64,000 nt of DNA from Octopus sinensis (GCF_006345805.1 NC_043006.1:85312001-85376000), one strand, 5' to 3'. Shown: positions 39,901 to 48,504, counted from the first letter of the stretch. Made by a program: numbers and translations. Notes: generated by a model from the sequence alone, not told the origin.

Positions 39901-42900
39901 AGAGGGACAAACACACACACACAAACACACACACGCACATATATACATATATATATATACGACGGGCTTCTTTCAGTTTCCGTCTACCAAATCCACTCAC
40001 AAGGCTTTGGTCGGCCCGAGGCTATAGTAGAAGACACTTGCCCAAGGTGCCACGCAGTGGGACTGAACCCGGAACCATGTGGTTGGTAAACAAGCTACTT
40101 ACCACACAGCTACACCTGCGCCTATGTAACACAATTTTTAATCTTCAGATTTTTTAAATATGCTAAGCCATTGGTTTTAATTGATTAATATCAGTTTCTA
40201 CCCTTATTATCTAATTATATATATATTTACCGGAGTAAACAAGGTGGAAAAAAGAGTACTCAAATACCAGTGGTAGAGTAATATGCTTTATTTAAAGCAG
40301 CAGAAAATTCAACAAAACCTGTTACTCTGAGTTTCACGTTCCCATTCGTCGGACAGTTTTTGCTAGAATAGAACCGATATGTCAATTCTATCCAGACTAG
40401 TATAAATGCTACACCTTTAAAAATGGACTTGTTTGATTGGTTCTTTACAAATAATGGTCAATTTTCGAGCGATAAACAAAAATGAGCTCAAAAATATAAA
40501 TATATATATATATATATAAAAAATTATAAAATTCGAGGAATTTGATGTAAGGTTTTTTCCTCGAATTTTATAATTTTTTATATATATATTTTTTTTTTTG
40601 AGCTCATTTTTGTTTATCGCTCGAAAATTGACCGTTATTTGTAAAGGACCAATCAAACAAGTCCATTTTTAAAGGTGTAGCGTTTATACTAGTCTGGATA
40701 GAATTGACATATCGGTTCTATTCTAGCAAAATCTATCCAACGAACTGGAACGTGAAACTCAGAGTAACAGGTTTTATTGAATTTTCTGCTGCTTTAAATA
40801 AAGTATATATATATACACACACACACACATCAGTTTCTCTCAGTTTCCATCTATCAAACCACTCACAAGGCTTCAGTTAGCCCAAGGCTATAGAATAAGG
40901 CCCCCTGCTCAAGGTAGCCATGCAGTGGAACTAAACTTGGAACCATGTGGTTGGGAAGCAAGCTTCTTACCACATACCCACACCTGAAACAAAAAACTGT
41001 GAAGCATTGTAATAAAAAGGGTTATGGTCCTTTAGACAGTAAGGTAATAAGGATTTCGCCAGTCGCAATTCATTCAAACTTACCTGGTTTGCTCCACATT
41101 TTACACAATTTACTGCTCGGGGTGCCATGTTTTTGATATATTTGTATCCTGGATTGCATACACAAGATAAACCTACAAATTAAGAAAATGTTTACAAACT
41201 TTAGATCATAGTGAAAAATACTTCACAACTACCAAAGAAAAAAATTAATAAGAAGTAATTAACCCTTTTGTTACCATATTTCTGTTGAAATACACTGTCT
41301 CTGTTTCAATTAATTTTGAAAATAATGAATCTAGTAAAATCACTGTCATTATTAACCCTTTTGTTACTGTATTTATTTTGAGATGCTCAGTATTTCTTTC
41401 AATTACTTTAAATATGAAGAATTTAGTAAAATAATTTAGTCATCATTAAGCTAGTGTTAGGAACATATATTATGACTAAGGTGTAAGATTTTAATTCAAA
41501 ACTTATGAAAACAAGACATTTGTACTCAGAGCCAGTTTCAGCCAGGTGTGTGAAACACCAGCTTCACCTTGTAAGTATGTGGGTTCAGGTTCAGTCCCAC
41601 TGCATGGTACTTTAGACAAGTTTCCTCTGCCATAGCCCCAGGCCATCAATGCCTTATGAGTGAATTTGATAGACAAAATATAGAGTATTCTTTAATTCTT
41701 TTACTCATTTCAGTCATTTGACTGCAGCCATACTGGAGCACTGCCTTTTAAGGGTCTTAGTTGAACAAAATGACCCCAGGACTTACTCTTTGTAAGCCTA
41801 GTACTTATTCCATTGGTTTCTTTAGCTGAACCAACCGCTAAGTTACAGGGATGCAACAGTGGTTGTCAAGCAATTGTAGGGAGACAACAGACACATAAAT
41901 ATATACATATATATATACATGACAGGCTTCTTTCAGTTTCCACCCACAAGGCTTTGGTGAGCGAGTGAGTGCATGTGGATATGACTAAGGACCGAGATAT
42001 CTGGCACCTTGCTGTACTCAAAATGTCTACCACAGCAGAATGGATACAGGTGCTGGTGCCACATAAAAAGGACTCCGGTTGGTTCCACATAGAAAGCATT
42101 GGTGCTGGTGTTATGTAAAAAGCACCCAGAAAACCCTGTAAAGTGGTTGGTGTTAAAAAGGTCATCCAGTCATAGTAACCAACACAAAACAGACAATGAA
42201 ACCTGGTGCTGCTCCTGTCAAACCATGCCATTGTTTCAATGAAAAAATGGCTATGGCTGACCGTTAGTAAGGAGAGACACAGAAATAAGAAAGACGAAAG
42301 CAAAGGACCACTGATGAGGTTACAGAAGTGTGACGAAAGAACTCTGGCCGAAATAAGATTAATATTAATGTAAAGAAATAAAGCTGAAGCAAATTAACAC
42401 CAAATATAAAGTGCGTGTGTTTTTATTGGCTAAACTGGCAACATGACCATTACTAAATACAATATGTGTGTGTGCGTGAGTGTGTCTGTCCACCCCCAAA
42501 CCGGACTGATTTTGGCCATTTTTTTTTCACTACGCACTTAAAATACATGGTTAACCCAGCAGTTAAAAAAAAAAAAAATTTTATATTTTCAGAGGAAAAA
42601 GTGTATGATTTAAGGAAGATCTGACTGTTGTATCTAACACATCCCCAGATCTCCCTTCTCGTTTCTTTCTCACATCTATTGATGCTTTTCAATACTTTTC
42701 TTCTGATAAACACATTTTATGGAATGATAATGCCAAAGTAACACGCGTGGTCCATTACCGAGATACAAGCAAAGAAAAAGAATAGTAATTTAAATTTTTA
42801 CTCGCATCCCAACCGAGCGAGCCCGCGTATGTGTGTGCGAAAGGAAAAAAAAACATTTTCTAACAAAATTATGCTATCAAAATAAATCATCTTTTACATA

Positions 42901-43416
42901 GCTTTTTTTAAAATCACTCGGGATAAATCCCAGCAACAGCCTTCTCAGGCTCTACAATATTTTAGAATAAACAGAAACAATTGACGGCAGGGAGTGGGAC
43001 TCAAAAAATAAATTTAAAAAATTTTCTTTTTTTTCATAGCCTGGCAACTACGACATGCGAAACATCGCCGTTTGGCAAAGTTTCGGTTGTCGTAGCACAA
43101 GTTTTCCGTCGATTTCCGTAAAAAACTTTTATTTTTTTACATAAGTAATGAGAGCGAAAGAGACTAAGAGGAAGCGATTTCATGACGAGGAAGTTTCTCT
43201 TTGAAATTACCGTCTAGGGGAAGCATTGATGTACATGTGTGTGTGTGTGTGTGTGTGTTTGATGGGGTGTGGGAGACAGACAGTATGTTGTGTAAGTGAA
43301 GTGCTTCTGTTAGTGTGTGTGAAGAGACAGAGAGAGTAATGTGTGAAAGAGCGAGATAACTGATTTTTTACTCGGTGTGTGTGTATATGTATGTGTGTGT
43401 GTGTATGTATTTATGT

Positions 43417-43447
<31 letters not shown>

Positions 43448-45856
43448 GCCAATTCATTGTAATTACGATGAATCGGCCATACATACTACACACACACACA
43501 CACATACATACATACCTATACACACACACCGAGTAAAAATCAGTTATCTCTCTCTTTCACACATTACTCTCTCTGTCTCTTCACACACACTAACAGAAGC
43601 ACTTCACTTACACAACATACTGTCTGTCTCCCACACCCCATCAAACACACACATGTACATCGATGCTTCCCCTAGACGGTAACTTCAAAGAGAAACTTCC
43701 TCGTCATAAAATCGCTTTCTCTTAGTCTCTTTCGCTCTCATTACTTATGTAAAAAAATAAAAGTTTTTTACGGAAATCGACGGAAAACTTGTGCTACGAC
43801 ATGCGAAACATCGCCGCAGGCAAAGTTTCGGTTGTCGTAGCACAAGTTTTCCGTAATGCATAGGCGTATGAGTGGCTGTGTGGTAAGTAGCTTGCTTACG
43901 AACCACACGGTTCTGGGTTCAGTCCCACTGCGTGGCACCTTGAGCAAGTGTCTTCTACTATAGCCTCGGGCCAACCAAACCCTTGTGAGTGGATTTGGTA
44001 GACGGAAACTGAAAGAAGCCCGTCGTATATATGTATATGTATATATGTATGCATGTGTGTGTGTGTATATGTTTGTGTGTCTGTGTTTGTCCCCCACCCC
44101 ACCCCAACATCGCTTGACAACCGATGATGGTGTGTTTACTTAACCGTAACTTAGCGGTTCGGCAAAAAGAGACCGATAGAATAAGTACTAGGCTTACAAA
44201 AATAAGTCCTAGTGTCGATTTGTTCGACTAAAGGCGGTGCTCCAGCATGGCCAGTCAAATGACTGAAACAAGTAAAAGAGTAAAAGTAAAGAGTATATTT
44301 GAGTGAGAAAAAAACGAGTGGTCTTGCGACGTGCTAGAAACAGCAGCCGAATCACACTCTTTCCTCTGAAAAGATGAAAAGCATATTCTAACTGAAAATA
44401 GGCATTCCTTCGATATAGCTCGACAAGGTCAAGACATTTCACTTCGAGTATTTCCTTGGGTTGTGGAGTATAGACATAACGAAATTATGCCAGCAATGTC
44501 TCATTTTAAACTGGAAGGAAAAAAAGCCTTGCATATTTGTTCTTTCAGGTGTGTATGTAAAATCCGCAAATTTCCAAGCAGAAAACAGAATCGAATTGTC
44601 ATTTGCTTTCACAGAATTACCCGAAGTGAAGTGTTTTGATTTTGTATATATTTGTTATATCGAAAGAATGCCTGAAAATGTTTCTCTTGTGGGTTTTAAA
44701 CGTGTAATGAAATAAAAATTGACCAAAATCAGAGTGGTTGACGAGTGGCGGGACTGAAAAAAAAATCATAAATGTGCAAACCATTTTTTTTTTTTCGTAA
44801 ACAGGCAGGTGGAAAAAAAGGTAAAAATTGCCCGTTAAAACGGAGGGTAAAATTTTCGTGTAATCGTGCGGGTGTTACACGAAAACTTTACCAAACGGAG
44901 AAATTCAAAGATGTGGGCCGTCTCATTCGAAACTCTCCACCTTGCAAAACATTGTGTCAACAACTTTCTTTATAATAGTAATCTATGCCGTTTGAAAAGT
45001 ATTTGTATAAAATTTCATTAAAAATTACCCATTTTCCTGAAAGTTATGAGGGAAAAAAGGTCGGGTTGCGTGAATTTTTCGAAACTCCACTCCCCAAACC
45101 CTCGAAAACTTTTTTTGCAACAAATCTTTCGATACACTCAATCTACAGAATCTAAGCGGTTATTTGTTGGAACTTTCGTTAAAAAGTATCCATTTTTCTG
45201 GAAGTTTATGAGGCGACAAAATCGGTGGGGTGCACATCTGTAGTTATTCCACCAAGTGCTGCTAATATCATCGGGAAATGTACGTGTCATGTAAATTCTA
45301 ATTGAAGAATATTTACAAGACATAACAGCGAAACAAAAGACTAAATGTTATTTAAATTTCTTTTTTTTTTCTAAATAGAAAAACTTTAGCGAAACGCAGG
45401 TGATTTTTGAAAGTGAGGTCGTGAAATATTAATTTTAATTAAACTCAAACCTGAAATAAAAGTTAAGACAAACTTTCCACACACGACTGTTCCGAGTTCA
45501 AACTCAGTTAAGACCGACTTTAACTTTCATCTCTATAAATACATATTTACAACACGTTTGATAGAAATTGGGGGTAATGTTCAGTCAAAAATGCATCAAT
45601 TATTTTTTTCTTTAAAACAGTGAAAACGTAAATAAAAATCAAAAATAATAAACTTGCCATCATTAGAAACTGATTGTATAGAGTTATTTTGGGAACAGAA
45701 ACGACATTTAAGATGAGTTATATCAAAATATTGGTCGTGAGTATTTTTCTTTTGGTTGCAGTCATTTTTCATTTCGAGTTTAATAGAATATTTAGACAGA
45801 ACAGAAAAGATACTTAAAAGTTGTAAAATGACAAACAAGTAGTACGATGTCGCCAT
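579..45856 (-). CDS. TMEM67: TMEM67/meckelin gene span, 18 coding exons in window, 3' end runs off the window
   Basis: Spliced translation shows a signal peptide, a Cys-rich ectodomain (QYFDI..CxxC; CQSLGNMCVL), PWLYY, WVLTRRFFLVD, IDWEKPK..SAWRVLFVANEW.EIQ, QFIDLCSLSNISVF..GYYIHGRSVHGKAD and DLCSERGLLPNTEQQSFE. These match meckelin motifs as recalled. All 17 intron phases join without stops (2622 nt). Confidence 0.95.
1356..1478 (-). CDS. TMEM67: TMEM67 exon 17 (NDLCSERGLLPNTEQQSFEM...FKQ)
   Basis: catccag| acceptor, CAG|gtgagt donor, 123 nt, LCxxRGLxPNT motif. Confidence 0.93.
2905..3100. repeat. Polypurine (GA-rich) low-complexity tract just inside intron 16
   Basis: Almost pure A/G on the + strand. 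Confidence 0.85.
3111..3319 (-). CDS. TMEM67: TMEM67 exon 16 (ATCQWLYKVIFYERFIED...QFIDLCSLSN...GRSVHGKAD...REQ)
   Basis: ttttcgtag| acceptor, CAG|gtaagg donor, 209 nt. Confidence 0.95.
3645..5785 (-). mobile_element. RTE LINE 3' half (RT remnant, 3' UTR, tail)
   Basis: ORF 4934-5764 closely matches the RT at 58550-59340; the CAT-repeat tail is at 3645-3660. Confidence 0.92.
5994..6417 (-). CDS. TMEM67: TMEM67 exon 15 (QQNTVIVLP...IDWEKPK...ANEWVEIQ...YLLI)
   Basis: ctctttcag| acceptor, G|gtaagt donor, 424 nt, the most conserved meckelin motifs. Confidence 0.95.
8030..8890 (+). mobile_element. Mariner transposase 3' remnant with right TIR, split by a SINE
   Basis: Degenerate HQDNAQSHT..YxPDIAPSDYHLF..LPDRWNSIVEN. 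TIR TTTATGGGATGACCCAATA ends at 8890. Confidence 0.82.
8534..8870 (+). mobile_element. tRNA-derived SINE (family C) with 12-bp TSD
   Basis: A box TGGCTCAGTGG, B box GTTCGAATCC, TSD ATTTATGGGATG at 8522-8533 and 8871-8882. Related copies near 28800-29110 and 35440-35715. Confidence 0.85.
8961..9215 (-). CDS. TMEM67: TMEM67 exon 14 (IIFKSEYLQD...first two TM helices...LLFFK)
   Basis: tttcag| acceptor, AAA|gtaagt donor, 255 nt, two hydrophobic helices, WSKRS and IDF motifs. Confidence 0.93.
10925..11076 (-). CDS. TMEM67: TMEM67 exon 13 (VYVNNYVRFAQ...GLIYPPYLKIVY...SNVP)
   Basis: tctcttgcag| acceptor, CCG|gtttgt donor, 152 nt, GxIYPP motif. Confidence 0.87.
13574..13803 (+). mobile_element. 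tRNA-derived SINE family A (representative copy)
   Basis: GAGCTGG.AGAAACGTTAGC..GAGTTCAAATTCC head. Copies near 1898-2290, 22530-22710, 24138-24372 and 46075-46265. Confidence 0.8.
13818..14028. mobile_element. Mariner-type MITE, intact
   Basis: TIRs GGGGTTGCTGAAAAGTTCCTGGCT / AGCCAGGAACTTTTCAGTACCCC. A split copy lies at 3523-3644 plus 5786-5880. Confidence 0.8.
16121..16204 (-). CDS. TMEM67: TMEM67 exon 12 (GQVDKWVLTRRFFLVDNVSTRKLVKPGN)
   Basis: tttcag| acceptor, G|gtgtgt donor chosen by phase, 84 nt, WxLTRRFFLVD motif. Confidence 0.88.
18374..18594. mobile_element. TTAA-specific (piggyBac-type) MITE nested in another TTAA MITE
   Basis: TIR CCCTTTCGTTAC/GTAACGAAAGGG with TTAA at 18370-18373 and 18595-18598. 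Other copies near 33955-34175 and 41353-41540. Confidence 0.82.
19103..19198 (-). CDS. TMEM67: TMEM67 exon 11 (Y-LRYSDNGEERLYAIPIVIEN...RVNKG)
   Basis: An in-frame TGA immediately upstream forces the gag|AT acceptor. 96 nt, donor G|gtctgt, LYAIPI motif. Confidence 0.87.
19199..21601 (-). other. U12-type (minor spliceosome) GT-AG intron, TMEM67 intron 10
   Basis: Donor GTATCCTTT (21601-21593). Branch-site motif TTCCTTAAT (19218-19210) lies about 12 nt from the AG. No polypyrimidine tract, GAG acceptor. Confidence 0.88.
20512..21190 (+). mobile_element. 3' end of a restriction-like-endonuclease LINE (R4/Dong-like)
   Basis: CCHC remnant, RxNRVAQYIHW, KRPDIII..IDVTVP..K..KYKDL and LLGSAHIL, followed by an (AAT)n tail. 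Confidence 0.8.
21602..21665 (-). CDS. TMEM67: TMEM67 exon 10 (CYLKLRDLFDNQTYPLIFYDL-Y), U12-type donor follows
   Basis: tttcag| acceptor, 64 nt, IFYDLY motif, donor T|GTATCCTTTG. Confidence 0.88.
23711..23954 (-). CDS. TMEM67: TMEM67 exon 9 (PYNMPWLYY...GGLLQLC...FGTTYSST)
   Basis: ttacag| acceptor, ACG|gtagga donor, 244 nt, PWLYY / GGxLQLC / FGTTY motifs. Confidence 0.93.
25810..25982 (-). CDS. TMEM67: TMEM67 exon 8 (ASYFNSTACQSLGNMCVLL...DVGDW)
   Basis: ttacag| acceptor, TG|gtaagt donor, 173 nt, NxTxCQxLGNMCV motif. Confidence 0.93.
27164..27271 (-). ncRNA. Type-I hammerhead ribozyme fold with 77-nt helix II
   Basis: AGTCAC-CTGAGGA-GGCACATTTT...AAAATGTGTT-GAAAC-AATT-GTA-GTGATT. Core is canonical, stems I and II pair, stem III is the palindrome ACAATTGT. 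Confidence 0.75.
30623..30688 (-). CDS. TMEM67: TMEM67 exon 7 (TDDLVESHLLRQNLIISYGMCH)
   Basis: Strong pyrimidine tract ttttcttccag|, donor CAT|gtttgt, 66 nt, phase 0/0. Ends in the Cys expected before the CQSLGNMC exon; sequence similarity is weak. Confidence 0.7.
30960..31760 (-). mobile_element. ~780-bp repeat-like element with 20-bp terminal direct repeats, one end at (TA)n (PLE pseudo-LTR-like)
   Basis: AACAAAA(T/C)TTACTTGGAGGA at 30960-30979 and 31741-31760; CpG-richer than the flanks. Confidence 0.5.
32548..32616 (-). CDS. TMEM67: TMEM67 exon 6 (VGDVCFQKKSDIIAKPSYYIRLS)
   Basis: ttttcttcag| acceptor, |gtaaga donor, 69 nt, phase 0/0, GxxCF motif. Confidence 0.8.
32700..33855 (-). mobile_element. 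RTE LINE 3' fragment with an internal 98-bp tandem duplication (33028-33223)
   Basis: ORF 33392-33757 matches the RTE C-terminus, (CAT)n tail at 32702, short AGTAT target duplication. Confidence 0.9.
36067..36139 (-). CDS. TMEM67: TMEM67 exon 5 (CVRCTQILSVLPNYANCTCPRSNK)
   Basis: tttag| acceptor, AAG|gtaatg donor, 73 nt, RCVRC..CxC motif. Confidence 0.9.
37314..37419 (-). CDS. TMEM67: TMEM67 exon 4 (VERKLDGEWIKN...CVPCKGNTIPNGAKNR), GC donor
   Basis: tacag| acceptor and VERxxxG motif, 106 nt. Must end phase 2 at AG|GCATGT to join exon 5. Confidence 0.85.
38330..38508. mobile_element. TTAA MITE family CCCTTTAGCATT (representative copy)
   Basis: Ends CCCCTTAGCATT...AATGCTAAAGGG TTAA. Related copies near 7455-7690, 18359-18670, 24000-24480 and 37010-37245. 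Confidence 0.75.
38736..38832 (-). CDS. TMEM67: TMEM67 exon 3 (VTSKDGWSCVYC...CIGKNIT)
   Basis: tacag| acceptor, G|gtaaaa donor, 97 nt, DGWxCxxC motif. Confidence 0.92.
39471..39544 (+). ncRNA. Type-I hammerhead ribozyme fold with 44-nt helix II
   Basis: CTACG-CTGACGA-TCTTG...CAAGT-GAAAC-CATCG-GTA-CGTAG. Perfect 5-bp stem I and ACC/GGT stem III; U-U mismatch at the first stem II pair. Confidence 0.72.
40283..40806. repeat. 524-bp near-perfect palindrome (arms ~255 bp, 16-nt spacer at 40541-40556)
   Basis: Arms read as reverse complements with scattered mismatches. Confidence 0.93.
40314..40360 (-). ncRNA. Compact hammerhead-like fold with CCGA core
   Basis: AAAACTGT-CCGACGA-ATG GGAA CGT-GAAAC-TCAGA-GTA-ACAGGTTTT. 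A mirrored, degenerate copy lies at 40728-40785 (+). Confidence 0.62.
41084..41172 (-). CDS. TMEM67: TMEM67 exon 2 (LSCVCNPGYKYIKNMAPRAVNCVKCGANQ)
   Basis: ttgtag| acceptor, CAG|gtaagt donor, 89 nt, CxCxPG..CxxC pattern. Confidence 0.9.
43048..43854. repeat. Rod-like foldback: ~350-bp inverted arms plus a 61-bp terminal hairpin repeated in direct orientation
   Basis: 43089-43450 is reverse-complementary to 43480-43800; 43048-43109 is repeated directly at 43794-43854. Confidence 0.9.
43863..44293 (+). mobile_element. tRNA-derived SINE family B, young copy
   Basis: TGGCTGTGTGGTAAG A box, GGTTCAGTCCC B box, internal (TA/TG)n and (AAGAGTA)n tail. Copies at 16372-16772 (-), 22172-22530, 26615-26960, 29785-30160 and 39713-40125 (-). 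Confidence 0.85.
45658..45856 (-). CDS. TMEM67: TMEM67 coding exon 1 (MATSYYLF...QSVSND-G, signal peptide), GC donor
   Basis: ATG at 45856, hydrophobic leader and QYFDITHLKCRFC. Exon is 199 nt and ends phase 1 at G|GCAAGT, matching the phase-1 start of exon 2. Confidence 0.9.
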
Positions 45857-46570
45857 TTTTATTGTTTGCGCCTGTTGTCTAGGAGCTAATAATAGATATA
45901 GATATATCGCTAGATCTGTCAATACTTTTTTCCTTAGTCCTGAATCCGCGGACATGTTGGAAACGATTTATCGTTTATTTCGGTATATGTATTACTCAGT
46001 ATCTTGATGGTTTCATTTTATGTGTAACTGAATTATCATGTTACTGTTAAAAATGTTGTCAATATTAATGTTAAGCGCCGAACGGGCAAATTGCTTGGCG
46101 GCATTTCACCCGTCATTACGTTATGAGTTCAAATACCGCCGAGGTCGACTTTACCTTTCATCTTTTTGGAGTCGATTAAGTACCAGTTGAGCACTGGGGT
46201 CGTTGTAATCGACTTCGCCCCGCACATGAAATTGTTGGCCTTGTGCTAAAATTTGAAACCAATATTAGTTTATGCTACTGTTAGTTTTTCATGGCTTGAG
46301 GAACATCAAATGTTCTTCTGGTTTTCCTTAACAAACTATGAAATAATTATTCTTAAATAAAATAATCGTATAAATTGTTATAACTTCTAAGAATATGAAT
46401 TCAATATACACAGTATTTTTGCTTTCTTACTCATGCCATATACATACACACGCACACATATAATGGAGTTGGTTCGCCTCCCACAGGAAACCAGCTTTTT
46501 TCCCCTGCCAAGAGGTTGTTTTTTTAATCCATTATTCTATATGGTATAGCTTTATAAACTTAGAGCTCCA

Positions 46571-46626
<56 letters not shown>

Positions 46627-46631
<5 letters not shown>

Positions 46632-47043
46632 ATCTCAAAAAAAAAAAAAAATAAGGAAAAGACACAAGAAAAAAACAAGGAGAGGACATGGTACATGCAA
46701 AGTTTTAGTAGACACTCAGGGAAGGAAAGAAAGGTAGTTTTACATTTCGAGCATAGCTCTTCTTCAGAAGCTAGAGACGGATGAAAGTTCAAGAGAAAAG
46801 GAAAACGGAGGAAAAAAATCGCCAATGATCCGTATGTATATTTGTATATATATAGTTAATCCAAACTTGAACAAAGAGAAAACACAACAACACGAGGATG
46901 TGGAACAAGTATAGTGTTATTGGACGCTCAGGAAAGGAAAGAAAGAAGGAGGATTTAACGTTTCGAGTGGAGCTCTTCGTCAGAAACATAGAAAAAGGAA
47001 AGGTCCAAGGAAGGGAAGACAGAGAAAGAAAATCGCCAATGAT
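46627..47043 (-). repeat. Two tandem ~190-bp units separated by (TA)n; third family copy at 62185-62378 (+)
   Basis: Each unit runs from ATAGTTAATC to AAAATCGCCAATGA and carries a hammerhead-like motif. Confidence 0.8.
46954..46990 (-). ncRNA. Minimal hammerhead-like motif in a ~190-bp repeat
   Basis: GTTT-CTGACGA-A-GAGCTCCACTC-GAAAC-GTT-AAA. Sister motifs at 46736-46771 (-) and 62250-62288 (+) keep the GAGC/GCTC stem with different loops. Confidence 0.5.
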
Positions 47044-47329
47044 ATATATATAGTTAATAAAAAAAACATAGAAAGAAGCACACTCTAAAAAATAGAGCAG
47101 TAATTATTGCAACAAAATTTTATATAAAGTTACTAAAGGTTTCGCAGCCTTGTGGACAGCTTGTCAGACTCTATATGAATACAGAATTTTAAAATATGCA
47201 TATATATATATATAATATATACAAAATAAGAAAATGGAGAAATACATCCAAATCAAATATCAACTGTGTCACAATTGAAATTATAAATTTGCACTCGTAT
47301 GTACATCTATACACCTGCGGAACTTAATA

Positions 47330-48165
47330 CCATGTAAACCGATTGCTTTTATTTCTTATTTTGTATGTATATGCAGATATTTAATGCTTTGCATGGTACT
47401 GTAGTACTATTGTGGTCCTTGGTTTTGCTATTATATTGCTAATAATGTGATCTATATATTGTTTTGCTAGTATTAGTGTTATTAATAATAGGAATAATGA
47501 TATTGGTAGCTTTAGTGGTAATGATAATAGTAATGATGTTAACATTAATGACATTTTGTAAATTAATATAATGTACTCTTGAATCTGTATATCTGCATTT
47601 GGGTATTAATATGTGTATGTTTTCTACATTGTAATATCATAATATTAAGTTGAAAAACTGTAACATTGAATATGGAACATATGTATGTTTACTGATTTAT
47701 ATTATTTATGTTATTATGTATATGTATAGGAGTATGAGTATATGCACTCATATGTATATGTATATGATTTATTATGGGTATGTACCCACACTTATATGAG
47801 TGTATATGTAATTTGGTTTGTATTTCATAATCTCCGAAGAGGCCTTAGGATATTTTTGTAAATGTCTCATTTATAACTACATATTGACCTACCACACATG
47901 GCTAATATAAGTAAAATGAGACATACTTATCTGCATGGCCGAAACAGCTGTAAGATATAGTTTATACTTATATTTATATTTATATTCTCTTATACATATT
48001 GTACTTGTTGTATCATATTACTCCTTTATGTACACTGCTTTGTTCTATATTATTATGTTTGACCTTAAAGTTTCTTATATAGTGGTTTAATAAAGTATGT
48101 GATTGGGTATTATCTGGTAGTTGATATTTGATTTGGATGTGTTTCTCCATTTTCTTATTTTGTAT
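47330..48165 (+). mobile_element. Third pseudo-LTR copy of the same PLE family
   Basis: Colinear by eye with 54247-54866 and reverse-complementary to 53469-54260. A 45-bp inverted end piece at 47221-47265 abuts (TA)n. Confidence 0.8.
47828..47960 (+). ncRNA. Hammerhead-like fold (CCGAAGA core, 100-nt helix II) in PLE pseudo-LTR, copy 1
   Basis: ATCT-CCGAAGA-GGCC...ATGTCTCATTT/AAATGAGACAT...GGCC-GAAAC-AGCT-GTA-AGAT. Stem III is the palindrome ACAGCTGT. Confidence 0.6.
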
Positions 48166-48204
48166 TATATATGAGAAAAAGAAAAAGAAAATGGAAAATT
48201 TAAT

Positions 48205-48504
48205 ATATAGACATTAATTTATTAGAACATATTCAATTCTGAACTATATCAAACCCATTGCACCAAAATTGTTTCCATGCCCAACCAATTCAATTTGAGA
48301 AATTAAATTAAATTTTCATTTTGAATATTGTTAATTGGGCATTCCATCAGGGGAAGAATTTGATAGAAAGAAGCTACACAGGAATGTAGCTTCTTTCTAT
48401 CAGTTCCTAAAATTGAATTAATTGGGCATAGAAACAGCTGCAGGAGCAAGGAATTTGATATTGTACAGAAATGAATGTGTTTTCAAATAAATTGATGTCT
48501 ATAT
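48205..48504. repeat. Degenerate ~300-bp foldback with a perfect 18-bp central stem
   Basis: TGATAGAAAGAAGCTACA-caggaa-TGTAGCTTCTTTCTATCA at 48361-48402; outer arms pair imperfectly. Confidence 0.75.

Noticed and set aside
42485-45235. Possible large non-autonomous DNA transposon with CACCCC..GATTTTG ends
   Set aside because: End similarity is too weak and no TSD could be identified.
45857-46050. TMEM67 promoter elements
   Set aside because: The position is plausible, but no specific motif (X-box, TATA, Inr) could be supported by eye.
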